From a virus (lineage: Duplodnaviria > Caudoviricetes), in the IMG/VR virus record IMGVR_UViG_3300017909_002289, positions 1-30,805 of that record: a stretch of 30,805 nucleotides of DNA, one strand, 5' to 3'. This document shows positions 1-7,423 of the stretch, one piece after another. Positions within the stretch are counted from its first letter, which is position 1, and the number at the start of each line of letters is the position of its first letter. Under the pieces are notes generated by a model that saw only the letters and a program-made list of their open reading frames with translations, ran no database searches and was not told where the DNA came from. The position numbers were made by a program, and so were the translations under genes.

Positions 1-15
1 GGAATTGTACACGGA

Positions 16-951
16 ATGAGAGAGGCTAATACTAATATAACTACCAACTCCAGTTCAATCACAGCTAATAATACTATTTCAGATACTTTTGGAAGTTATG
101 CTAATTCAACTTTTGCTACCGACACTAATCTTAATACGGTACAAGATAACGTAGCTACCAACACTACTACTATTACAAATAACAAAACTATTTCAGATAC
201 TTTTGGAAGTTATGCTAATTCAACTTTTGCTACTGATACTAACCTTAACACGGTACAAGACAATGTAACTACTAACGCATCCTCTATTACAGCTAATAAA
301 ACTATTTTAGATACTTTTGGTACTTATGCGAACTCAACATTTGCAACTTCTAGTGGTATAGTAGTAGAAGGTTCAGGAGGAGTGATTGACGGAGTTACTG
401 CAAACATTGTATTTGGGTCAGGACTCAGTGCTACTGCAACAGGAACTTCGAATACAGTCACAGTAACAGCAACAAGTGTTGAGATAGCTTATTCTTATTC
501 TTCTCAGGTGTTTGTAGCAACTGGGTCAGCTAATACTTTTGCAATGTCAAGAAGTGTGTCTAACGCTACAAATATGTTTGTTGCTATTGACGGATTATTA
601 CAAACTCCAGAAGATGATTATTTTGTGAGTGGATCTACACTAACTATTGCAAATACTACACCTATCTCAGCAAATACAGAAATTGAAGCTAGATATATAT
701 TAAGTTCTACTTCCACTTCTAATCTACAAAATGACATCTTTAGCGCGACAGGATCAGCTAATACCTTTACACTTTCTACTACCCCAACAGACTCTAGCTC
801 TATCATGGTTGTAGTTGGCGGCGTATTACAATCTCCTGCAGCTCCTTCTAACAACTATATCGTTTCTGGAACAACGTTAACTCTTAACAATACAGCGGCT
901 GTTTCGAGCGGTACAGTTGTATCAGTACGACACCTACCAGCGACTTCATAA
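16..951 (+). CDS. Virion fibre/structural protein, probably 5'-truncated
   Basis: Frame is open from base 1, so the true start may lie upstream. T/N/S-rich 38-aa repeats are followed by two copies of a ~65-aa beta domain (FxATGSANTF...VxxxGxLQxP...YxVSGxTLT) typical of phage virion proteins. Confidence 0.7.
   Translation: MREANTNITTNSSSITANNTISDTFGSYANSTFATDTNLNTVQDNVATNTTTITNNKTISDTFGSYANSTFATDTNLNTVQDNVTTNASSITANKTILDTFGTYANSTFATSSGIVVEGSGGVIDGVTANIVFGSGLSATATGTSNTVTVTATSVEIAYSYSSQVFVATGSANTFAMSRSVSNATNMFVAIDGLLQTPEDDYFVSGSTLTIANTTPISANTEIEARYILSSTSTSNLQNDIFSATGSANTFTLSTTPTDSSSIMVVVGGVLQSPAAPSNNYIVSGTTLTLNNTAAVSSGTVVSVRHLPATS
34..348 (+). repeat. Tandem 114-nt (38-aa) coding repeat, about 2.8 copies
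   Basis: Unit TISDTFGSYANSTFATDTNLNTVQDNVxTNxxxITxNK starts at 73, 187 and 301. The first 47 nt of copies 1 and 2 are identical, and later differences are mostly synonymous. Confidence 0.95.
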
Positions 952-964
952 TTTATATTTCTTC

Positions 965-993
965 TTGACTACTTTAAAAATTTAAGATATAAT
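965..993 (+). promoter_or_regulatory. Sigma70-type promoter for the oxygenase cluster
   Basis: TTGACT (965-970), 17 nt spacer, TATAAT (988-993), in an intergenic gap. SD-like AGGGGG precedes ATG 1027. Confidence 0.85.
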
Positions 994-1026
994 TTGAGTA
1001 TACTCTAATAAAGGGGGAAATGTATT

Positions 1027-1797
1027 ATGAGTTCAATTGCTGAAATGTTTCAGAATCAAAAATATGTAGTTTTTAATGATGTAATCAGTCATGAGGTAGC
1101 TTCCCTTATGACTGATTATTTGTTTGTAAAAAAAGAAGCTGGATTGTTAGTACCGCCTGTTAGTTTAGGGGGCGATGATCAACAATGTCCACTATCCTGG
1201 TCTATTTATGGAGATCCGTTATTTGACACATTACTTGCTAGACTAGCTCCAAAGTTAAGTGATATGATTGGGGTTCAGCTAATCCCAGCGTACACTTATT
1301 CACGAATCTATCAAAATGGAGAAGAGTTAAAATATCATAAAGATAGGCCTTCATGTGAAATTTCAGGCACTTTAACTTTAGGTAGAAAGCAAGGTGAGTC
1401 TATTTGGCCTATCTATGTAGGTAAAGACGATAACGACACTGTAGGTAAAAAAATAGATTTAGATGTGGGAGAGATGTTACTGTATAGAGGATGTGATGTT
1501 CCTCATTGGAGACCTGTTTATCGAGGAGAGTGGCAAGCTCAAGTATTTGTTCATTATGTAGACGCAAATGGTCCTTACGCCCAAGAGTGTAAATTTGATG
1601 GCCGTCCTACACTAGGCATACCAAAAGGAGGAATTCCTAGAGATAGAGAAGTAGGAGTAATGCATCAAGAGAGAAATGTTCAACAAACTCAACAACTAGA
1701 AAAGCCGTGGTTAAAAACTCAAGAAGAAGCATTGATGAGTTCTAGACCATCAGGCAGACCTCTTCCAGATAAATTTGAATTTAAGGTAGGTGAATAA
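1027..1797 (+). CDS. 2OG-Fe(II) oxygenase superfamily protein
   Basis: YSRIY...LKYHKDRPSCEIS (HxD), distal His in VPHWR, QVFVHYVD. About 55-aa low-complexity C-terminal extension. Confidence 0.88.
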   Translation: MSSIAEMFQNQKYVVFNDVISHEVASLMTDYLFVKKEAGLLVPPVSLGGDDQQCPLSWSIYGDPLFDTLLARLAPKLSDMIGVQLIPAYTYSRIYQNGEELKYHKDRPSCEISGTLTLGRKQGESIWPIYVGKDDNDTVGKKIDLDVGEMLLYRGCDVPHWRPVYRGEWQAQVFVHYVDANGPYAQECKFDGRPTLGIPKGGIPRDREVGVMHQERNVQQTQQLEKPWLKTQEEALMSSRPSGRPLPDKFEFKVGE

Positions 1798-2411
1798 TGG
1801 CAAAGTTTATGGCTCCAAGACAACGTCCAAGAACTCCAGGATTTGTTGTGCATACAAGAGAACACTCTAAAAAAGAATTGTATTTTACTCCTGATGAGTG
1901 TGACTGGGTTATTAACTATGGACAAAAAGAGTATCCAGAATTTGCTTCTGTTGGAGAAAACGGAGGAGAGGTTCGTAGAGAGACTCGTGATGTCTATGTA
2001 AGAAATGTTTTTATGAATGAACAAACTAATGGTTTATTCGAAAAAATGATGTTTATTGCAGATGTAACTAATCAAAATCACTTTGACTTTGAGATTGCAG
2101 GTATTATGCACGGGCTACAACTACTAGAATATACTAGTCACGAAACCAAACAACATTATGATTGGCATATAGATGTAGGAGGAGGCTCTTCTTACGGAAG
2201 AAAAATTTCTATGGTAGTTCAACTATCAGATCCAAATGATTATGAAGGGGGAGATTTGCAAGTTGATGAAGGTCAGCCTGTAAGTATGCCTAAAGAACGA
2301 GGAGCAGTTATTCTCTTTCCAAGTTATATGAGACACAGAGTTATGCCTGTTACTAAAGGAACTCGTTGGTCTCTAGTTATTTGGGTTCAAGGGTATACAC
2401 ATTTCAGATAA
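1797..2411 (+). CDS. 2OG-Fe(II) oxygenase, PKHD/prolyl-hydroxylase-like
   Basis: YDWHID (HxD), RKISMVVQLSDPNDYEGGDL, FPSYMRHRVMPVTKGTRWSLVIW (distal His and 2OG-binding Arg). TAATG coupling to the upstream gene. Confidence 0.93.
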   Translation: MAKFMAPRQRPRTPGFVVHTREHSKKELYFTPDECDWVINYGQKEYPEFASVGENGGEVRRETRDVYVRNVFMNEQTNGLFEKMMFIADVTNQNHFDFEIAGIMHGLQLLEYTSHETKQHYDWHIDVGGGSSYGRKISMVVQLSDPNDYEGGDLQVDEGQPVSMPKERGAVILFPSYMRHRVMPVTKGTRWSLVIWVQGYTHFR

Positions 2412-2992
2412 TGAATCACCTAGAGTTTAAAGAAGATATTTTGTCTGTTCCTATATGGGGCGTACAAATTAACGATGAAAATAGTTCTTTTAACCAGGAG
2501 CTAATTAATTTCAGCTACTGGTTGAAAGATAATACTGAAGGAAAGCAACGATCTAATAAGTTAGGCTGGCAGAGCACTGATTCTCTATTTCAAGAATATG
2601 CTGATTTTCTAAAACCTCTTATTGATCCTATTTCAACTCTTTGCAACGATATTGTTAAAGATCACAGTGAACGTATTAGCGCACCTGTGTCTGTAGATTC
2701 TATGTGGTTAAACATTAATCCTCAGTATTCTTATAACGCTCATCATGTACATAGTGGTACGTTAAGTGGCGTATATTGGATATCAACTCCAGAAAACTCA
2801 GGAAGATTAGTTTTAGTAAATCCTGCGGGTAGATCAGAGGCCAGTAGAATTAGAGTTAAAAATTATGGTTTGACTCCAACTCCAGGAGCATGTATAATAT
2901 TTCCATCATGGTTAGAACATTATGTGGAACCAAATGAAAATACAAAGGATAGACTATCTATTAGTTTTAATATAAGTGAGGGGACTTTATGA
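2411..2992 (+). CDS. Putative 2OG-Fe(II) oxygenase, TIGR02466-like
   Basis: RSNxxGWQS, MWLNIN, HVHSGTLSGVYW (HxH), IFPSWLEHYVEPN, RLSISFN. Start moved from 2366 to the in-frame ATG 2411 (TAATG overlap). Confidence 0.9.
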   Translation: MNHLEFKEDILSVPIWGVQINDENSSFNQELINFSYWLKDNTEGKQRSNKLGWQSTDSLFQEYADFLKPLIDPISTLCNDIVKDHSERISAPVSVDSMWLNINPQYSYNAHHVHSGTLSGVYWISTPENSGRLVLVNPAGRSEASRIRVKNYGLTPTPGACIIFPSWLEHYVEPNENTKDRLSISFNISEGTL

Positions 2993-3888
2993 GCGAAATT
3001 ACAATTAAAAAAGAAAATAAACAAGATTTAGTCGATGTTGCAGAAGAAGCAAGAGGAAAATCTATTGCTGAAGTCTTCATGGCAACTAACTTAGCAGAAG
3101 TAAAAAGTTTTGGTGGATTAACAATCGCTGAAAATGCAAAAAAAGTTGATTTAGCTATTGCAAATGTTGCAGAAACAGAAAGAATTTGGAACCGTTCTCA
3201 TTCACAATGGACATGGAGACATATTAATTTAAGTTATGCAGCTCCTATGAAAAATCTTCGTCAAGTAAGCGCTGAGATGACTCGTAAAAGAGAAGCGCTA
3301 GAAGAAGCTAAGTGGAACTACTTAAAAAACGAAATTAAGCTTAAACAAAAAGAAGACAGATTAGCCAAAGAAAAAGACCCACTAAAATCTCAATTAATTG
3401 AGATTGATATAGCCCAGCTAAAAAGTGGTATGGCTAATGGAATGAAATACGTAGAAGGAGCAATGAAAGACGTATTGACTCTTTCTAACTTGTATGATGA
3501 TTTAAAAGATAAATTTAGTGATTATACTGAAGAGGATTTTGAAAAAGAAGAAGCACGTTCTCATCTTAAAAGAAGCATGGTCCAATGTTTAAGAGATGTA
3601 AGACAGTCTGGACGTATTACTAAGGGAGAGCAAGAGTATTTAGAGCAGATAGGAGTTAATCCTGGAAAAATTACTTTAGATATGCTTGCATATTTAGAAT
3701 ATGAACAAAAAATCGAAGATTACACTGTTAAACCTATGTATGAGTTTTTAGACGATATGTGTACTAAGCTTCTTGACCAGCTTCAGGTTGATAAAGTCAG
3801 AATGGAGCTACAAGGACTAAGAGATCATTATGACAGTGATGCACTATTTTTAACTGATGAATCTAACGATAATTCAGAGGAGAATTAA
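2989..3888 (+). CDS. Hypothetical alpha-helical/coiled-coil protein
   Basis: 299-aa ORF with ATGA overlap and GAGGGG SD. E/K/L-rich heptad region. No family recognised. Confidence 0.8.
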   Translation: MSEITIKKENKQDLVDVAEEARGKSIAEVFMATNLAEVKSFGGLTIAENAKKVDLAIANVAETERIWNRSHSQWTWRHINLSYAAPMKNLRQVSAEMTRKREALEEAKWNYLKNEIKLKQKEDRLAKEKDPLKSQLIEIDIAQLKSGMANGMKYVEGAMKDVLTLSNLYDDLKDKFSDYTEEDFEKEEARSHLKRSMVQCLRDVRQSGRITKGEQEYLEQIGVNPGKITLDMLAYLEYEQKIEDYTVKPMYEFLDDMCTKLLDQLQVDKVRMELQGLRDHYDSDALFLTDESNDNSEEN

Positions 3889-3889
3889 C

Positions 3890-4219
3890 ATGATTGTAGA
3901 ATACAAATTACATAAACTAAGAGCACGCTCTGATAATAAAATTACCCCTATTTGGATTGATGAAGGAGGTCACTGGTATAACTCTGCTGATCACACTTAT
4001 GTAGGATGCATAAGTGATAGTGTAGAGTATTATATTCCTAGCTCTTTAACAAAGTTTACTAAAGATACTTTTAGAACAAGAATCACAACTATGCACGCTG
4101 CCTCTACGTTTCAAAAAGATGATCCTGATAATGTAGGTGATACGATTGACATGACTGAAGCAGAAGTAATTACAATGGCTGATGATTGGTGGGACGCTCA
4201 AGTAGCTGCTGGTTATTAA
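3890..4219 (+). CDS. Hypothetical protein
   Basis: In-frame ATG 3890 just after the upstream stop, with GAGGAG SD. 109 aa with an aromatic-rich motif (PIWIDEGGHWY). Confidence 0.75.
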   Translation: MIVEYKLHKLRARSDNKITPIWIDEGGHWYNSADHTYVGCISDSVEYYIPSSLTKFTKDTFRTRITTMHAASTFQKDDPDNVGDTIDMTEAEVITMADDWWDAQVAAGY

Positions 4220-4252
4220 TTAAAACTTGAGGGGGAGTTTTGGAGAAAATGA

Positions 4253-4552
4253 ATGAGTGCCGAAAGAGAATTAGATCAGCTTCAAAAGGACGTAGAAACT
4301 CTCCACGAAAGAACACAAGAAACAAAACGTGAGTTATCTACGCACGAAGCTGTGTGCGCAGAGCGCTATGAAAAAATGATGGAGAATTTTGAAAGATTAC
4401 AAGAACAAATTCAGTATACTTTTGAAGAAGTTCAAGATCTAAAAATTTTAGCCACCCAAGGTAGATCAAGTTTAAAAACTTTGATCTTCTTGGGTATGTT
4501 TGTTGCAGGTGTTACAAGTTTTATCTATACAGTGTTAAACATGATTAGATAA
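4253..4552 (+). CDS. Coiled-coil protein with C-terminal transmembrane helix (holin/XhlA-like candidate)
   Basis: N-terminal heptads with HEAVCAERY, then hydrophobic LIFLGMFVAGVTSFIYTVL. GGAG SD. Confidence 0.6.
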   Translation: MSAERELDQLQKDVETLHERTQETKRELSTHEAVCAERYEKMMENFERLQEQIQYTFEEVQDLKILATQGRSSLKTLIFLGMFVAGVTSFIYTVLNMIR

Positions 4553-5827
4553 ATGACAGAAGAAGATAAATTTTTCAAAATTAATCTAGAAAAACTTTTG
4601 CGCAAAGTTCCAATGGTTAATCAACTTGATTTAAAGTTGAATGAAAGCCAATGGGGAATGGTAGAAGGTCTAGAGTCTCACCGTTTTTGGGTACACATTT
4701 CTGCTAGAAGAACAGGTAAATCATACGCAGCAGCTATTTTAGCTTTTGCAAAACTTTTAGAGCCTGGTACACAGGTAATGGTAGTAGCTCCTAACTTCTC
4801 TCTATCTTCAATTATCTGGGACTATACTACACAAATCATTCGCGACTTACAATTAGAAACCGATCGCTTTAATCAAAAAGATAAAGTTATTAGACTTGTA
4901 AATGGTAGTACTTTTAGACTATTATCAGCTAACAACAGAGATAGTTTAATCGGTAGAGCTGCTAATTTATTGATAGTAGATGAGGCAGCGATTATTCCTA
5001 ATGACGAATATTTTACAAGAGATTTAAGACCTGCACTTTCCACCTTTCCAGACTCTAGATGTTTATGGATCTCTACTCCTAGAGGAAAAGGTAATTATCT
5101 ATATGAGTACTATTTAAGAGGACAAGATCCTGAATTTGAACAATGGGGAAGTACTAGATTTACTTGGAGAGCTAATCCTTTATTAAATCAAGAAGATATT
5201 GAAGAAGCTCGTAGGAGTATGAGTAAAAACCTATTCGGACAAGAGTATGAGTGTGATTGGGTAACTCTAGAAGGAAAAATCTATAATATAGACGAAGATA
5301 GGCATCTAAGACAAGTAGAAGAAATTAATCCTGGAGATTACAGATATGAATTTTTAGGAGGCTTAGATATTGGTTACAGAGATGAAACAGCTTTCGTAGT
5401 AATAGCAAAAGATAGTGATGAAAATTTCTATGTGGTTGATGAGTATGTAGCAAAAGAAGGTACTACCTCTACTCATGCAGAACACATAAAAGAAATAGCA
5501 GATAGATGGGATATAGATACTATTTACATCGATTCTGCCGCCCAACAAACAAAAGCAGATTTAGCTTATGATTACGATATTTATTGTGAAAACGCGCAAA
5601 AAAGCGTTAATGACGGTATCTTAGCTATACAAAATTTAGTTGATAATGATAAAATAGTATTTGATATAGATAATGCTAGACACTCTTTTGATTCTATTGC
5701 TGCTTATAGATGGAATGAACGAACAGAAAAACAAAAGCCTGTACATGATTGGACATCTCACTGTTGCGATGCAATAAGATATGCCATTTATTCTAACCTA
5801 AGAGGTCAGGTCAGTATTTATGCTTAA
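4553..5827 (+). CDS. terL: Terminase large subunit
   Basis: Walker A ARRTGKS, Walker B LLIVDEAA, coupling motif ISTP, nuclease GLDIG and HCCDAIRY. Confidence 0.97.
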   Translation: MTEEDKFFKINLEKLLRKVPMVNQLDLKLNESQWGMVEGLESHRFWVHISARRTGKSYAAAILAFAKLLEPGTQVMVVAPNFSLSSIIWDYTTQIIRDLQLETDRFNQKDKVIRLVNGSTFRLLSANNRDSLIGRAANLLIVDEAAIIPNDEYFTRDLRPALSTFPDSRCLWISTPRGKGNYLYEYYLRGQDPEFEQWGSTRFTWRANPLLNQEDIEEARRSMSKNLFGQEYECDWVTLEGKIYNIDEDRHLRQVEEINPGDYRYEFLGGLDIGYRDETAFVVIAKDSDENFYVVDEYVAKEGTTSTHAEHIKEIADRWDIDTIYIDSAAQQTKADLAYDYDIYCENAQKSVNDGILAIQNLVDNDKIVFDIDNARHSFDSIAAYRWNERTEKQKPVHDWTSHCCDAIRYAIYSNLRGQVSIYA

Positions 5828-6194
5828 AAGAATACCTATAAAATATATTAGAGATTATATTAAAAAAGAGTATAAATATGACGAATGTTGTTATATCTGT
5901 GGTTCTAAAGACAAATTAGAACTACATCACATATACTCTATTTCTGAACTGTTTCATCGGTGGTGTAAAGAAAATAAAATTGACAAAATAGAAGATGTAG
6001 AGTACATTAAAAGTATAAGAGTTAAATTTAAAGAAGATTATCATACTTATTTAACTAGTGATAATTTATATACGTTATGTAGTTATCATCATGGATTATT
6101 GCACAACTTATATGGACAAGTTTACCCTATATCTTATGATAAGAAGATTGTAAACTGGATAAATATTCAAAAAGAGAAACACAATGGCATTTAA
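5820..6194 (+). CDS. HNH endonuclease, T5-type nicking/packaging-associated nuclease
   Basis: CYICG...LELHH...TLCSYHHGLLH. Lies between terL and portal, as the T5 nicking endonuclease gene does. Confidence 0.88.
   Translation: MLKRIPIKYIRDYIKKEYKYDECCYICGSKDKLELHHIYSISELFHRWCKENKIDKIEDVEYIKSIRVKFKEDYHTYLTSDNLYTLCSYHHGLLHNLYGQVYPISYDKKIVNWINIQKEKHNGI
5980..6008 (+). promoter_or_regulatory. Possible internal sigma70 promoter upstream of portal
   Basis: TTGACA (5980-5985), 17 nt, TACATT (6003-6008), with an upstream A-tract. Could be chance in AT-rich DNA. Confidence 0.45.
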
Positions 6195-7413
6195 AGATTG
6201 GATAGTAGAAAAACTCAATCCAGCACAACCGTTTATAGCAGCTCAAGATCCCTACAATTTGCCAGAGTCAATTGTAGAGTTTGAATCTGCATATCGGGAA
6301 ATTGAGATTGTTCACAGGTCTATTGAAGTTATTGTAAATGCAGCAACTAGCGTGCCTCTAATAGTAGAAGGAGGTGCAGCTAAAAAACTTCACAAAATTA
6401 TGAACGCCAAACCTAATCCTTTTGAGGATAGAGTACGTTTGTTCAGAAGGGCAATTTTAGATTTTTATCTTGACGGTAATGCATTTTTTTATTATGATAA
6501 AGAGAACGGTGGATTGTATTTACTTCCCGCGAACGACGTAGAAGTGGTTGCCGATTCAAAAACTTTTGTTAGTCATTACAACTATTTAATTCACAATGCT
6601 ACAACTGATTACTTTGGTTTCGGACAACGCCAAACTACAAAACAAGAAAGAATCACATTTACTCCTGACGAAGTAATACATGTAAAATCTGATAATGAAG
6701 ATAGTATTTTTAGAGGAGTTAGTAGATTAAAGAACCTGGAAAGACTCTTTGAGCTGTACTATCAGATGACAGAATTTCAAAGATTGTTCTTTAAAAATAA
6801 TGCTGTTCCGGGATTAGTTTTACAAACTGATAATGTATTAAGCCCTAAAGTAAAAGAAAGACTATTAGAGGCTTGGAGATCAAATTATTCCTCGCTGTTT
6901 AAAGGAGCTAGAAATCCAGCTATTTTAGATGGTGGTTTGAAAATTGATAGATTTTCTAACATCAACTTTACTGAACTAGATTTTGAAAACTCAATTGAAA
7001 GAATCCAGCAAGATATTGCAAAATCAATTGGAGTTCCTTATGTGTTGTTAAAAAGTGGAAACAACGCAAACATAGCAGCTAACGAAGTATTATTTTATAA
7101 TCATACAGTAATACCTTTGTTAAATTTATTTTGTAGTGCTTTTTCTCATTATTTCAATGGTGGGGTAGTCATAAGGCCAGATAAAACTTCTATTTCTGCA
7201 CTACAGCCTGATAACAAAACGCAAGCGATGTATTATTCAACATTAGTTAATACTGGAATTATTACAGTTAACGAAGCTAGATCAGGACTCGGATTCGAAG
7301 ATTTAGAAGGTGAAGAAAATAATCAGATTAGAATACCTCAGAATATAACTGGAAGCGCTGTTAACCCAGGCATCGGAGGAAGACCTGAAGACTCAGGCGC
7401 TAGCGAAGAGTAA
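6184..7413 (+). CDS. Portal protein (HK97 family, T5 pb7-like)
   Basis: MAFKDWIVEKLNP N-terminus, KPNPF, LDGNAF, ILDGGLK, GNNANI, LVNTGIITVNEAR, IRIPQNITGSA and GGRP closely resemble the T5 portal as I recall it. Confidence 0.96.
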   Translation: MAFKDWIVEKLNPAQPFIAAQDPYNLPESIVEFESAYREIEIVHRSIEVIVNAATSVPLIVEGGAAKKLHKIMNAKPNPFEDRVRLFRRAILDFYLDGNAFFYYDKENGGLYLLPANDVEVVADSKTFVSHYNYLIHNATTDYFGFGQRQTTKQERITFTPDEVIHVKSDNEDSIFRGVSRLKNLERLFELYYQMTEFQRLFFKNNAVPGLVLQTDNVLSPKVKERLLEAWRSNYSSLFKGARNPAILDGGLKIDRFSNINFTELDFENSIERIQQDIAKSIGVPYVLLKSGNNANIAANEVLFYNHTVIPLLNLFCSAFSHYFNGGVVIRPDKTSISALQPDNKTQAMYYSTLVNTGIITVNEARSGLGFEDLEGEENNQIRIPQNITGSAVNPGIGGRPEDSGASEE

Positions 7414-7423
7414 AGGATAAATA

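Noticed and set aside
73-348. Repeats as a CRISPR array or DGR template/variable pair
   Set aside because: The units are in-frame coding repeats with no unique spacers. Differences are mostly synonymous C/T, not adenine-specific, and no reverse transcriptase or cas gene is in the window.
2366-2410. Longer starts given by the ORF track (2366, 3857, 23234)
   Set aside because: They overlap upstream genes substantially. Downstream ATGs at 2411 (TAATG coupling), 3890 (SD) and 23297 fit better.
4146-4176. TTGACA...TACAAT upstream of the holin-like/terL genes
   Set aside because: The spacer is 19 nt, outside the usual 16-18. It is not excluded but is too weak to call.
4553-5827. Intein or intron in terminase, or stop-codon reassignment in the genome
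   Set aside because: TerL is a normal 424 aa with contiguous motifs. Genes are full length under the standard code, and TAA, TAG and TGA all act as stops.
6470-6498. TTGACG-17-TATGAT promoter-like match inside portal
   Set aside because: It lies far from any downstream start and overlaps the conserved LDGNAF coding motif, so it is plausible by chance in AT-rich DNA.
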